Source: Candidatus Saccharimonadia bacterium (GTDB lineage Bacteria > Patescibacteriota > Saccharimonadia > UBA4664 > SCTI01). From it: DNA of 64,000 nt. The stretch lies in NCBI GenBank assembly GCA_046597065.1, contig JBKJLI010000003.1, positions 148,436 to 212,435 of the forward strand. Direction: 5' to 3'. Both the position numbers and the translations under genes were made by a program. The notes under the pieces were generated by a model that saw only the letters and a program-made list of their open reading frames with translations, was not told the origin of the DNA and did no database searches. Shown piece after piece: positions 45,617 through 54,986 of this stretch. Each line of letters opens with the position of its first letter. The first letter of the stretch is position 1.

Positions 45617-48178
45617 GTGATCAAAAAACTAGTGCTAGGAGTGGTTATAGGAGCATTGATTTACCCATTATTTATAAGACCAATAGCGGCAGTTAACGCT
45701 GTGGGATGGAGTAATATAGCTTTTCAAAACAGCACTATCAGCCTTGTAAAGGTGAATCGCTGGCGGCCTAATGAGGTTGCGGCGGTCGCAAACGGTAGTT
45801 TGCAACTGACGCGAGATGGCGGTATAACTTGGCGAAGTTCTGCCGTACCTAGCCTGACTCGCCAAATAGAATACGACCCAGTTGTCAGCGACCGGCTTTA
45901 TCCCGGTACCGACGCAGGGGTTTATATCAGTGATAATGCCGGAGTCAGCTGGCGCTTATTTGATTCCGGCCTATCGGCTCGCAAAATAACCCAGGCTTTA
46001 GTTGCCACCAGTCAGTATTTGTTTGCAGCGATGTATGATGGCGCCGGAACGCCCCAGCAGCTATTTAGGTTTGGACTTGACGGTAGCGTCGCGATTTTGA
46101 CACCACCGGATGGCGGTAGCGCTTGGCTTGAATACGACTTTGAGCGCCACCGTCTTTATGATGCCGCTGCTAATGGGGTTTATTCGAGTGAAGACTATGG
46201 CGTTTCCTGGCGCTTTTTGGGAGGTGGTCGTAGCGCTGAATCGATTGTTGCCAAGGGCAAAACGCTATGGGAGGGTTCGGCCGATGGTTTGTTCCGATCG
46301 CAGGACGACGGTGCCAATTGGGTTAGGCTAGCTAGAGCAGGAGAACTTAATGGGACCTATTATGGTAGTGATCTGCGAATAAGTGGTTTGGCCGTAAACA
46401 ATAATCGAGCCTTTTATGGCACTTGGAGCATTGGTTTTCCTTACCGTTTCTTAGGCGAGTACAGCGGCACTTTGGCCCATAGCGAGCTCGATGCTCGCGT
46501 TTATAGCGTGGCTTCCGGAGGCAACCGGGTCTGGGCTGCGACTGGGGCCGGTTTGTGGGTGAATGACCAGGTTGCTACTAGTGAGGTGCACATACAACGA
46601 CCAGTCATCGTGGTGCCCGGTGTACTTGGCTCAATGCCGGTGCCAAACGCCTTATTGAGGCAGTTTGTTGGCTATCTGCCTGAACCCACCGGTGCCAGTT
46701 ATCATACTAGTTTGGTGCTGGACCCAATCCAGCATACCTACGATGGCTTAATTTCAGGATTACGGGCAGCTGGTTACCAAACAGGTACTACTTTGTTTAG
46801 CTTTCCCTATGAATGGCGGCATGATAACCAGCAGAGCGGTCGCGAGCTAGCCGTAAGAATTGCCGACGTACTGCGAGTTTGTAGTTGTGCTCAAGTTGAT
46901 ATTATTGCGCATTCTATGGGTGGTCTGGTGGCCCGTTCATATATTGAAAGTGCAGCATATGCCGGTGATGTTCATGCTTTAGTACAGATCGCTACACCTA
47001 ATGCTGGCTCACCCTCGGCCTACGCTGCCTGGGAGGCAGGAAGTATTAATGACAATCATTCGCTTCAAGATCATTTAGCAAATCTAGTTTTTAAGATCGA
47101 GGCTGCTCACGCTGGTAGCGGCTCTTTGGCGCAGTACATCCGCCAGTCGGTGCCATCTGCCGGGCAGTTATTGCCCATTTCTAGTTATCTATCTGGGCGG
47201 ACCTACCCGAGCGGCTATCCTCGTAATTCATTCTTAGAACAGCTTAATGCAACTGCAGGAGTTCAGCAGCTTAAGCAGAGAGTGGCGTACTTTCTAGTGG
47301 GATCAACCTCTCAATCTACCCTCGCAAATCTAAGTGTTACTGCTTCAAGGCCTTTAGCTACAGAATGGCCAGACGGCGAGATAATTGGAAAAACAAACGG
47401 GAGTGGCGATGGAACTGTACCTATTGATAGCACTCAAGCAATCACGCCCGTTTCAAGAATGGTGGCCGGTAATCATGGTGACATTGTGGGTGCAGCGGAC
47501 ACGCTCAGCTATATTAAAAACACGCTTTTAGGCGACTATCTCGGAAGCAATGTCGCCAATGTGCCAACCTTCACCAAATACCTGGCAATTTACGTACATT
47601 CACCAGTTAAGCTACAAATTACCAATGCCATCGGGTTGCGGCTTAATGACCAAGTTAGTGAAATACTGGGCGCATACTATACAGGCTCTGAAGCAGCAAC
47701 TCAGTTTGCTTTGATACCAAACCCTAGCGGAGATTACACAGTTATTTTGAGTGGATTGGGGTTTGGTAATTTTGGAGTCGGCGCGCAGATAATTAATCTA
47801 GAAACCGGCGGTTCTCGGACTAGTTTTATCAGTTCGACGATTAGCATCGACCAGCAGAAACACTTCCTTTATGAAACAACCAAAGCAGCACTAGTTGGTA
47901 CCGACCCGCCCCAGCCAAGTGGGCCAGTATTGGCTACTAATATTGTTCAAAACCCAGGCCTGGTTAAGCCAGCGCCCGACCTGGCTCGTTATGCGTATAG
48001 AGGGGAACTGCTAAATCGCATAAAACGCACTACCTCAGGTCGCCTTAAAGCCGAGTCTAAGAGCGCGAGACGCAAGCAAACCAGCAGGCTAGCTCTGTTG
48101 ATTGTAGTAATTTCCGCAACAAGCCTGGTCGCGATCGTTGGAATTTTTAGGTTGCTGAGGCGTCGCAAAGTCGACTAA
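45617..48178 (+). CDS. secreted/membrane-anchored protein: BNR/Asp-box beta-propeller region + alpha/beta-hydrolase (lipase/LCAT/PGAP1-like GxSxG) + C-terminal TM anchor
   Basis: N-terminal hydrophobic segment. Four Asp-box-like repeats (TRDGGITWRS, SDNAGVSWRL, SEDYGVSWRF, SQDDGANWVR). Nucleophile elbow IIAHSMGGLVA. C-terminus LALLIVVISATSLVAIVGIFRLLRRRKVD. Confidence 0.7.
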   Translation: MIKKLVLGVVIGALIYPLFIRPIAAVNAVGWSNIAFQNSTISLVKVNRWRPNEVAAVANGSLQLTRDGGITWRSSAVPSLTRQIEYDPVVSDRLYPGTDAGVYISDNAGVSWRLFDSGLSARKITQALVATSQYLFAAMYDGAGTPQQLFRFGLDGSVAILTPPDGGSAWLEYDFERHRLYDAAANGVYSSEDYGVSWRFLGGGRSAESIVAKGKTLWEGSADGLFRSQDDGANWVRLARAGELNGTYYGSDLRISGLAVNNNRAFYGTWSIGFPYRFLGEYSGTLAHSELDARVYSVASGGNRVWAATGAGLWVNDQVATSEVHIQRPVIVVPGVLGSMPVPNALLRQFVGYLPEPTGASYHTSLVLDPIQHTYDGLISGLRAAGYQTGTTLFSFPYEWRHDNQQSGRELAVRIADVLRVCSCAQVDIIAHSMGGLVARSYIESAAYAGDVHALVQIATPNAGSPSAYAAWEAGSINDNHSLQDHLANLVFKIEAAHAGSGSLAQYIRQSVPSAGQLLPISSYLSGRTYPSGYPRNSFLEQLNATAGVQQLKQRVAYFLVGSTSQSTLANLSVTASRPLATEWPDGEIIGKTNGSGDGTVPIDSTQAITPVSRMVAGNHGDIVGAADTLSYIKNTLLGDYLGSNVANVPTFTKYLAIYVHSPVKLQITNAIGLRLNDQVSEILGAYYTGSEAATQFALIPNPSGDYTVILSGLGFGNFGVGAQIINLETGGSRTSFISSTISIDQQKHFLYETTKAALVGTDPPQPSGPVLATNIVQNPGLVKPAPDLARYAYRGELLNRIKRTTSGRLKAESKSARRKQTSRLALLIVVISATSLVAIVGIFRLLRRRKVD

Positions 48179-48180
48179 AT

Positions 48181-49341
48181 TTAATGTGGCTGATAAAACA
48201 TTAAGCCCAGCTTAATCTGCAATGCATCATCAAATATTCGCGGATCCAGACCAATCAACTTTTTGGTTTTCTCGAGGCGATAAATCAGCGTATTGCGGTG
48301 AATATGTAGCTTGGCCGCGGCATCGGTAAGGTTTAAGCCAGCCTGCAAAAAGTATTGCACCGTTTTATATAGTGCTTCGTCATGTAATAGTGGGTAAAGA
48401 ATTTGGTGAGCCAGTTCGGCCTTGTGTTCTTGAGCCACATTAGCCAGCGTTACAAACATTCCGACTTTTTTAATGTGATAGATTTGGCCGGGCCCCCACA
48501 CTTTAGTACCAACCGAGAGTGCCAACTTTGCCTCTTGAAAGCTTTTGCGCAGGCCTCCTAAATCGGGGTAGTACTGACCAACTCCGATGGTCGTGGTTAA
48601 GCCATCTAGCTCCTCAATCAAACCAAGTACCTCACTGATATAGGTGGCTTTTTCGTGCAAAAAACGGGCAGTATTACGGGTTGTAAGACCTTCGCCCCCA
48701 ATGCCCTTAAGAACCAAAAAGCGGCCATGGCCAAGATAGCTAAACAAATTATCTGAGTTATCGCGAAAAGCGGCTTTTAATCTATTGATAATCTTGATGG
48801 CTTGAATCAGTGCAGTCTCGGTTGGATGTCCAAATGCAGAGTCGCTGATACGCTCAAAACCATGAACGTCTATTAACATTACCGATTGGGGCTGGCGCAA
48901 ATTTAGCTGTAATATATCGGCTTGGCGGTAAACTTCGGCTGGCTCCTGACGGGGGGACATCAGTACCTGGCGCAAAAAATCAGCCTGCATCTTTTCGGAA
49001 GGTTGGGCGTGTTCAAGCAAAAAGTGCTGATGCACAATCACTTCGGCTAATCCCTGTAGCAGATTCAAGGCTTCGGGTGTAGTTTGAACCTCACTTTCAA
49101 TAACACCAAAGCAGCCGATGGTTTGCTGCTCGTATACAAAGGGACACCAAGCGATTGGCAGCCCACCTAGTTCACTGCGAATTACGCGACCCTCTTGGCA
49201 CGAACGCAAGGCATCCACAATCACGGCCGGAAGGGGTTCACCCAGCAGTCCGCCGTGTAAGTTACAGATGTAGATTTCACGGTTCAAGACTAATCTAGCT
49301 CGTCGGGTAATCTCAGCTGCAATCTCGGGACTCAGGTTCAT
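48181..49341 (-). CDS. PucR/CdaR-family transcriptional regulator
   Basis: 386 aa. C-terminal PucR-type HTH ...AAAKLHIHRNTLIYRLEKTKKLIGLDPRIFDDALQIKLGLMF. Confidence 0.75.
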   Translation of the reverse strand: MNLSPEIAAEITRRARLVLNREIYICNLHGGLLGEPLPAVIVDALRSCQEGRVIRSELGGLPIAWCPFVYEQQTIGCFGVIESEVQTTPEALNLLQGLAEVIVHQHFLLEHAQPSEKMQADFLRQVLMSPRQEPAEVYRQADILQLNLRQPQSVMLIDVHGFERISDSAFGHPTETALIQAIKIINRLKAAFRDNSDNLFSYLGHGRFLVLKGIGGEGLTTRNTARFLHEKATYISEVLGLIEELDGLTTTIGVGQYYPDLGGLRKSFQEAKLALSVGTKVWGPGQIYHIKKVGMFVTLANVAQEHKAELAHQILYPLLHDEALYKTVQYFLQAGLNLTDAAAKLHIHRNTLIYRLEKTKKLIGLDPRIFDDALQIKLGLMFYQPH

Positions 49342-50456
49342 AGTTCTGGCTCCACAAAGCGGGTGAACAGTATGGCCAGCTTTATTTGTACGGCGTCATC
49401 GAACTTGCGGGGGTCCAAACCTAACGCCTCAGTTATTCGATCAAGACGGTACACCAAGGTATTTCGGTGTATCCCCAACTCATCTGCAGTTTGTGTTAAA
49501 GCCATATTATTGCGAAAGAAGCTATCTAGAGTTTCGGTAACGCCCTGCTGTTGCTCAAGCTTTTCAACCAGTTCGCGGCTAAAGTAGATGTTACTTTCAT
49601 CTACACCGGCAAGTAGGGGAGCAACCACTCCAAAGTCATCAATATGGTAAACCCGACCGCTGTCCCAGTTTTGAGAACCCAGCTCAACCGCCGACACAGC
49701 TTCTTTATAACTACGCCGCAGTCCGTCGATGCCGGCGTGGTGGTTGCCGACCCCCATAGTAATCGACAGCTTTAGTTCGCCGGCTAGAATAGTGTGGATG
49801 GTTGGTAGCGAGCGCTTGAACTTTTCTAAAGCCAGATCCAGCGGAGTCTCATTGCCGTTTAAATCCTTTAAGATACAAAATGCATTGTGGCCCAGGTAGG
49901 CCACGATGTTGTTGCGGCTAGAGGTGTAGTACGAACTCAATCCTCGATTAATCCCAAACTTGTAACGGGCAATCAGCCCATCTCGGCCCTCGCGTCGGCT
50001 TTCACCCCTTAACACTGGGTCATCAACATAAATCATAATGGCCACTCGTGGCTTAGATAGATCGATTTCGAACAACCGGGCCTCGGCTGCGGGGGCGGCA
50101 AGATCTTCATATCGGCCGTTTAACAGATCATAAATGAACTTATCCAGCCGTTCCTCGCTGTGGGGCAAACGCTCGATCAACAGCGACTGGTGCATAATCA
50201 GCTCAGCCAGCGAACGAATTAAGGGTGCGATCTCGACGTGATTTTCCATTTGCTGTGCTAGCACCACATAACCAACCTTGGTGTTATCGTGGTGCAAAGG
50301 GATGGCCCAGCCGGTGCTATCGAGCTCAACCCGATTAATAATTGCAGAATCGTTCCCGGCAAGCACCAATCCCTCCCGATCGGTGATTGAGAGCGGTTGG
50401 TTAACCAGGCCACCTACCTTGGCGTGGATTTTTTCAGCGATTTCCGGAGTCAACAT
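49338..50456 (-). CDS. PucR/CdaR-family transcriptional regulator (tandem paralogue)
   Basis: 372 aa. ...TADELGIHRNTLVYRLDRITEALGLDPRKFDDAVQIKLAILF. Internal similarity to the neighbouring regulator. 4-nt overlap. Confidence 0.75.
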   Translation of the reverse strand: MLTPEIAEKIHAKVGGLVNQPLSITDREGLVLAGNDSAIINRVELDSTGWAIPLHHDNTKVGYVVLAQQMENHVEIAPLIRSLAELIMHQSLLIERLPHSEERLDKFIYDLLNGRYEDLAAPAAEARLFEIDLSKPRVAIMIYVDDPVLRGESRREGRDGLIARYKFGINRGLSSYYTSSRNNIVAYLGHNAFCILKDLNGNETPLDLALEKFKRSLPTIHTILAGELKLSITMGVGNHHAGIDGLRRSYKEAVSAVELGSQNWDSGRVYHIDDFGVVAPLLAGVDESNIYFSRELVEKLEQQQGVTETLDSFFRNNMALTQTADELGIHRNTLVYRLDRITEALGLDPRKFDDAVQIKLAILFTRFVEPEL

Positions 50457-50569
50457 AAGGCCTCACTTGGAATCTTGCCTAACAAGCTTATCCTGATGCA
50501 GCCTTTAGCAGCAAGCTTAAGCGAAATCATATTTGTAGGGTTGCATAACATAAGCAGTATAATGAGGAC

Positions 50570-50734
50570 ATGACAAAAAGCGTGGTCTGGTTGGGTGCAG
50601 GAATAGGGGGCTTTATCGGAGGCTGGGTTCCTAGTATTTGGGGCGACAGCTTGTTATCCCCCTGGTCGCTACTATTAAGTGGTGCCGGCAGCCTAGCAGG
50701 CATCTGGGTGATCTACAAACTCTACAACTCTTAA
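50570..50734 (+). CDS. small Gly-rich membrane peptide (54 aa)
   Basis: TATAAT immediately upstream. MTKSVVWLGAGIGGFIGGWVPSIWGDSLLSPWSLLLSGAGSLAGIWVIYKLYNS. Confidence 0.35.
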   Translation: MTKSVVWLGAGIGGFIGGWVPSIWGDSLLSPWSLLLSGAGSLAGIWVIYKLYNS

Positions 50735-50793
50735 TAATTACTTTGTGACCGAGCACAGCCCGCAATGGGCCGCACTCGGTCAAGAACCGGGAC

Positions 50794-51402
50794 TTACTGC
50801 GAGATGTCGTCGGCCGGCGGGTCGGCCAGGATCTTGATGTCCAGCCGCCTTCCAGTCACCTGTCGTGTGAATAGTCCCTTCGGCGGATCTCCAAGAATTC
50901 TGTGTTCCCGCAGTTCATCCAGCCTACCGTTGTTGACTTCGGGCTTAATGATGACATTATCACCATCGCCAAACGCTCTCTTTAAAACCGAGCACACAAG
51001 CTTGGGGTCTCGACCCATGATTGTGACTTTGACGCCCGTGATCACATCGCCTCGGTATGCGCCTGCGTATTCGATCAGAGCCTCAATCGGTCCGCTGTCT
51101 GTCGTGTGCGTAGTAACAAACTTTGCCTCCAAGGAACCAGGAATCAGTAGACCGCTCAGTTGCTGAACCCAGGCTCCGTCGATCAGCTCGCGGTCTCGCT
51201 TATTGACATGCCCAAGCCTAGCGATTTCAGCCCGTCTTAAAGCCGTATTGATTAGCAATGGTTCTGCTCCACGAAGCTGCATCTGACGAGCAACGCTCAG
51301 TGAAGGAGCGCGCCTTCTTCCGATGCCCTGCAGCTGCATGCCACAACCGTATACGTCACTTGGTACATATCCATCTTCTACGCTTGCCACCTCGTACTCC
51401 AA
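50794..51402 (-). CDS. hypothetical protein, GC-rich, adjacent to tRNA-Val pair
   Basis: 202-aa ORF in a GC-rich patch. No recognisable motif. Its start lies 126 nt from tRNA-Val. Confidence 0.4.
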   Translation of the reverse strand: MEYEVASVEDGYVPSDVYGCGMQLQGIGRRRAPSLSVARQMQLRGAEPLLINTALRRAEIARLGHVNKRDRELIDGAWVQQLSGLLIPGSLEAKFVTTHTTDSGPIEALIEYAGAYRGDVITGVKVTIMGRDPKLVCSVLKRAFGDGDNVIIKPEVNNGRLDELREHRILGDPPKGLFTRQVTGRRLDIKILADPPADDISQ

Positions 51403-51527
51403 TCTGTCGCAGTTTTGTCAAAATTGGCTGCTGCTAGTTTGCCATCTTCAAGGGGTGAGTACAAGCACAAGCGGCTCGCCCAACAGATTGATTTTGACCC
51501 AAATATTCGCTATAGTTGTCTGGTCGT

Positions 51528-51604
51528 GGGCCCTTAGCTCAGCTGGCTAGAGCGCTTCCTTGACGTGGAAGAGGTCAGAGGTTCGAGTCCTCTAGGGCCC
51601 ACCA
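51528..51604 (+). tRNA. tRNA-Val (anticodon GAC)
   Basis: Manual fold: acceptor GGGCCCT/AGGGCCC, anticodon stem CTTCC/GGAAG with loop TTGACGT, T-arm AGAGG-TTCGAGT-CCTCT, CCA encoded. Confidence 0.8.
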
Positions 51605-51613
51605 TTTACCCAC

Positions 51614-51690
51614 GGATCTGTAGCTCAGCTGGTTAGAGCGCTTGATTCACATTCAAGAGGTCACAGGTTCGAGTCCTGTCAGATCCACCA
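51614..51690 (+). tRNA. tRNA-Val (anticodon CAC)
   Basis: Manual fold: acceptor GGATCTG/CAGATCC, anticodon stem CTTGA/TCAAG with loop TTCACAT, T-arm ACAGG-TTCGAGT-CCTGT, CCA encoded. Confidence 0.8.
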
Positions 51691-51752
51691 GCAATTATCA
51701 TCGAGATTAACTTTTTCTTACCAGATGCGATAAAATTGTCATAGGAATATTT

Positions 51753-53600
51753 ATGGCAACATCAAACCCCAAAATTGATCTAGACACCATGCGCCACTCA
51801 TTGGCCCATATAACAGCTGCAGCGATAAAACAGTTGTACCCCGAGGCCAAGTTTGGCGTTGGCCCGGTTATTGATAACGGCTTTTATTACGATATCGAAT
51901 TAAAGCAGCCGTTGACTCCAGATGACCTAAAATCCATTGAGAAACAGATGGCTGCGATTATTAAATCTGATGTTCCATTTATTCGCCAAGATTTGGCGAT
52001 TGCTGATGCCATAAAATTGTTCAAAGAACTCAAGCAGCCCTACAAAGTGGAGCTGCTCGAAGATCTTAAAATGCACGGCACTACCAATCTACGCGATATG
52101 GATCTAGAGCAAGCCGGCGCTAGTAGTGATGCAAAAATTACAACGGTCAGTGTTTATCATACTGGCGACTTTACCGATCTTTGCCGTGGCCCTCATCTGG
52201 AATCCACCGCGCAGGCCGGAGTGTTCAAGCTGACAAAACTTGCTGGCGCCTATTGGCGCGGCGACATTAACAATCCGCAATTGCAGCGGGTTTACGGTGT
52301 TTCGTTTGCAACTAAAGATGAGTTGAACAAGTATCTACGCCAAGTCGAAGAAGCCGAAAAGCGCGATCATCGCAAGCTGGGCAAGCAGTTGGATTTGTTC
52401 AGCTTCTCATCGATGGTTGGCCCTGGATTGCCACTTTGGAGCCCGCGCGGCACAGCTATCCGCCAGGCGTTACAAGACGCACTCATGGAGTTTAGTGCCG
52501 AGTTCGACGTTGAGCCGGTAGTAATACCGCATCTTGCTAAGGTAGAGCTTTATCAGGCTTCGGGCCATGCTGAAAAGTTTGGTGACGAGCTTTTTCAGGT
52601 TAAGGGTAAGTATCAGGACTTCATACTTAAGCCAGTTAACTGCCCTCATCATACTCAAATTTATGCCTCGCAGCCCCGTAGTTATCGCGATCTACCAATC
52701 CGTTACGTAGAGTCTACAATGCAGTACCGCGATGAAAAGCCCGGAGAGTTAAGCGGTTTAACCCGAGTTCGCGCCATCACCTTAGATGATGGCCACACCT
52801 TTTGTACGGTTGATCAAATAAAAGATGAAGCCATCGCCATCGCCACCATCATAAAGCGTTTTTATAGTGCGCTGGGTATGTACGGCGACCATTGGGTGTC
52901 TTTGTCAGTCCGCGATCCAAACACTCCTGATGCCTACATTGGCGAGGATGAGGGCTGGAACCAAGCCGAAAAGTTGTTACAACGAGTTTCGGATGAACTT
53001 AAGCTTGATGCCCGTCGAATGGAAGGAGAGGCCGCTCTTTACGGGCCCAAACTCGATTTTATGTTCCGTGACGCGATTGGCAATGAGCGCCAACTAGCCA
53101 CTATTCAAGTAGATTTTGCGATGCCTAAGCGCTTTGGCCTGACATATGTCGATAAGGATGGGAGTGACCAGACCCCGGTTATGCTCCATCGCGCCATCTT
53201 GGGTTCATTCGAGCGCTTTATGGCTATTTTGATCGAGCACTTTGCCGGTAATTTTCCGGTTTGGCTATCGCCAGAGCAGGTGCGTTTGGCCACCGTAAAT
53301 GATAGCGAGGCCGTAACAAAGCGTGCCGCCGTTATTAAGCAGCAACTAAAAGCCGCCGGCATAAAAGCCACCCTTGATATGTCGGCCGAATCGGTTGGTA
53401 AAAAAATTCGCACCGCCTCAATTGCTAAGGTGCCCTATACCATTGTAGTGGGGGACAAAGAAGTGGCTAGCGAGGAGGTTTCGATTAGAGTTAGAGCCGA
53501 TTTAAAACCATCGGTAGAGTCGCCTCAGCTGGCTCTAGACCAGTTTATTGCCAAACTTAATCAAGAGATTGCCGATCGTGAACCAGCCAGTAGCCTCTAG
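51753..53600 (+). CDS. thrS: threonine--tRNA ligase (lacks N-terminal TGS domain)
   Basis: Begins at the N2/editing region (MRHSLAHITAAAIKQLYPEAKFGVGPVIDNGFYYD). Class II catalytic core and anticodon-binding domain. 615 aa. Confidence 0.9.
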   Translation: MATSNPKIDLDTMRHSLAHITAAAIKQLYPEAKFGVGPVIDNGFYYDIELKQPLTPDDLKSIEKQMAAIIKSDVPFIRQDLAIADAIKLFKELKQPYKVELLEDLKMHGTTNLRDMDLEQAGASSDAKITTVSVYHTGDFTDLCRGPHLESTAQAGVFKLTKLAGAYWRGDINNPQLQRVYGVSFATKDELNKYLRQVEEAEKRDHRKLGKQLDLFSFSSMVGPGLPLWSPRGTAIRQALQDALMEFSAEFDVEPVVIPHLAKVELYQASGHAEKFGDELFQVKGKYQDFILKPVNCPHHTQIYASQPRSYRDLPIRYVESTMQYRDEKPGELSGLTRVRAITLDDGHTFCTVDQIKDEAIAIATIIKRFYSALGMYGDHWVSLSVRDPNTPDAYIGEDEGWNQAEKLLQRVSDELKLDARRMEGEAALYGPKLDFMFRDAIGNERQLATIQVDFAMPKRFGLTYVDKDGSDQTPVMLHRAILGSFERFMAILIEHFAGNFPVWLSPEQVRLATVNDSEAVTKRAAVIKQQLKAAGIKATLDMSAESVGKKIRTASIAKVPYTIVVGDKEVASEEVSIRVRADLKPSVESPQLALDQFIAKLNQEIADREPASSL

Positions 53601-54186
53601 CAGACCCACTCTTGCCATCGACATCGATGACACTTTGGTGACTAGCGAGGCCGCCCTACGCGCCAATCACAACCAAAAGTTTCCTCAAGTTTCGGTACTA
53701 GGCAGTTTTTATACTCAAGACTTTACGCGTGCTAACGCATCTACTGCCGACATTGAGGCCGAAGTCCAGCGCTTCTTTGATTCGGATGAATTTTATGATT
53801 TACACCCGTTTAAAGGGGCAGCTACAGCTATTGATCATCTTGCAGCGCACTACAAATTGGTACTTATAACTGCCAGACCGCAGTACACTCAGGCCCGTAC
53901 AATGCAGTGGGTTGATCAACATTTTCCTGGTAGCTTTGCTTCGACTCGCTTTGTGGGCACCGACGAGCACCAAAAAACTGATCTGCAACAGGGCAAACAA
54001 GAGGCTTTGCGCGAACTGGGTGTGACCATATTAATCGACGATAATTTGCGGCATTGCGAAGAGGCAGCAGCCGAGGGAATTCAAGCGCTGCTGTTTGGTG
54101 AGTACGGCTGGAATCGAGCGGCCAGCCTAGCCCCAGGAATTACCCGCGTTCGCGATTGGGCAGAAGTCGAGGCGCAGCTTTTATGA
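53548..54186 (+). CDS. HAD-superfamily hydrolase, 5'(3')-deoxyribonucleotidase-like
   Basis: HAD motif I LAIDIDDTLV. ~200 aa. The annotated start overlaps the thrS 3' end; the true start may be internal. Confidence 0.5.
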   Translation: MPNLIKRLPIVNQPVASSRPTLAIDIDDTLVTSEAALRANHNQKFPQVSVLGSFYTQDFTRANASTADIEAEVQRFFDSDEFYDLHPFKGAATAIDHLAAHYKLVLITARPQYTQARTMQWVDQHFPGSFASTRFVGTDEHQKTDLQQGKQEALRELGVTILIDDNLRHCEEAAAEGIQALLFGEYGWNRAASLAPGITRVRDWAEVEAQLL

Positions 54187-54986
54187 GCGTAACCGCCAAC
54201 TCGCAAATCATAAAATCGTTGGTTGATCAGTACCAGCTAGAGGCCGATGGCGTAAAGTTCTGGACGCCCTACTTTATCAATAGTGCCAAGTTAAGTCCCG
54301 ATCCGGATAATTTTAAACCTGGGCCTTATAAGGGAAAGGGGACGCCTAAACAACTGCAAGCTTGGGTGAATTTGTATGCGAAAAGCCACCCAAGCAAGAG
54401 AAGCTCAGATGAGTGGCATAAGTTATTAATATCAATGTCGGTTGGTATCGAATGCTCTGGCTTTGTTTACTATATTCTTGATTCATTTTTAGCAGCTACC
54501 GGCAACGGTCGACTTTGGGACCAACTGTTTATCCCAAAGCAGGATTTATTAAATGCCTTTAATGTCGGCCGAGCTCCTAGGGGCGTGACTCGTCAACAGA
54601 TTGAATCTGGGCCTAATCAGTACACTATGCATCAGTTTTGTACCCGGTGGGGCAAAGACCCGCGACGCAACACCAACGTAACCCGACTGGTCGATACCAA
54701 GTCTAGTAATTTGGTGGGCTGTGTAGGCAAGGCTCAACCCGGAGACTTGGTGGTTACATCTGGGCCGGCGGGTGATCACATTGGTATCATTACAGAAATT
54801 GGTTCAACTTCTGTAACTTATGCCGATTCTATTGGCTTGAATCTAAAGGGTGTGTCAATTTATCAAATTACAATAACCAATCCGAACGCTGGGTTAGAGC
54901 AGCAGGATTGGGGTAAAAACCGATGGTATATCAAGCGCTATAAGTTTCATGGGCTCCGCCGATTAAAAGTTCTAGATGCCGACTAA
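54156..54986 (+). CDS. papain-fold (NlpC/P60- or CHAP-like) putative cell-wall hydrolase
   Basis: Candidate catalytic Cys (GIECSGFVYYIL) and His (GDLVVTSGPAGDHIGIIT) in the spacing typical of NlpC/P60/CHAP. Start probably at MSVTAN. Confidence 0.4.
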   Translation: MGRSRGAAFMSVTANSQIIKSLVDQYQLEADGVKFWTPYFINSAKLSPDPDNFKPGPYKGKGTPKQLQAWVNLYAKSHPSKRSSDEWHKLLISMSVGIECSGFVYYILDSFLAATGNGRLWDQLFIPKQDLLNAFNVGRAPRGVTRQQIESGPNQYTMHQFCTRWGKDPRRNTNVTRLVDTKSSNLVGCVGKAQPGDLVVTSGPAGDHIGIITEIGSTSVTYADSIGLNLKGVSIYQITITNPNAGLEQQDWGKNRWYIKRYKFHGLRRLKVLDAD

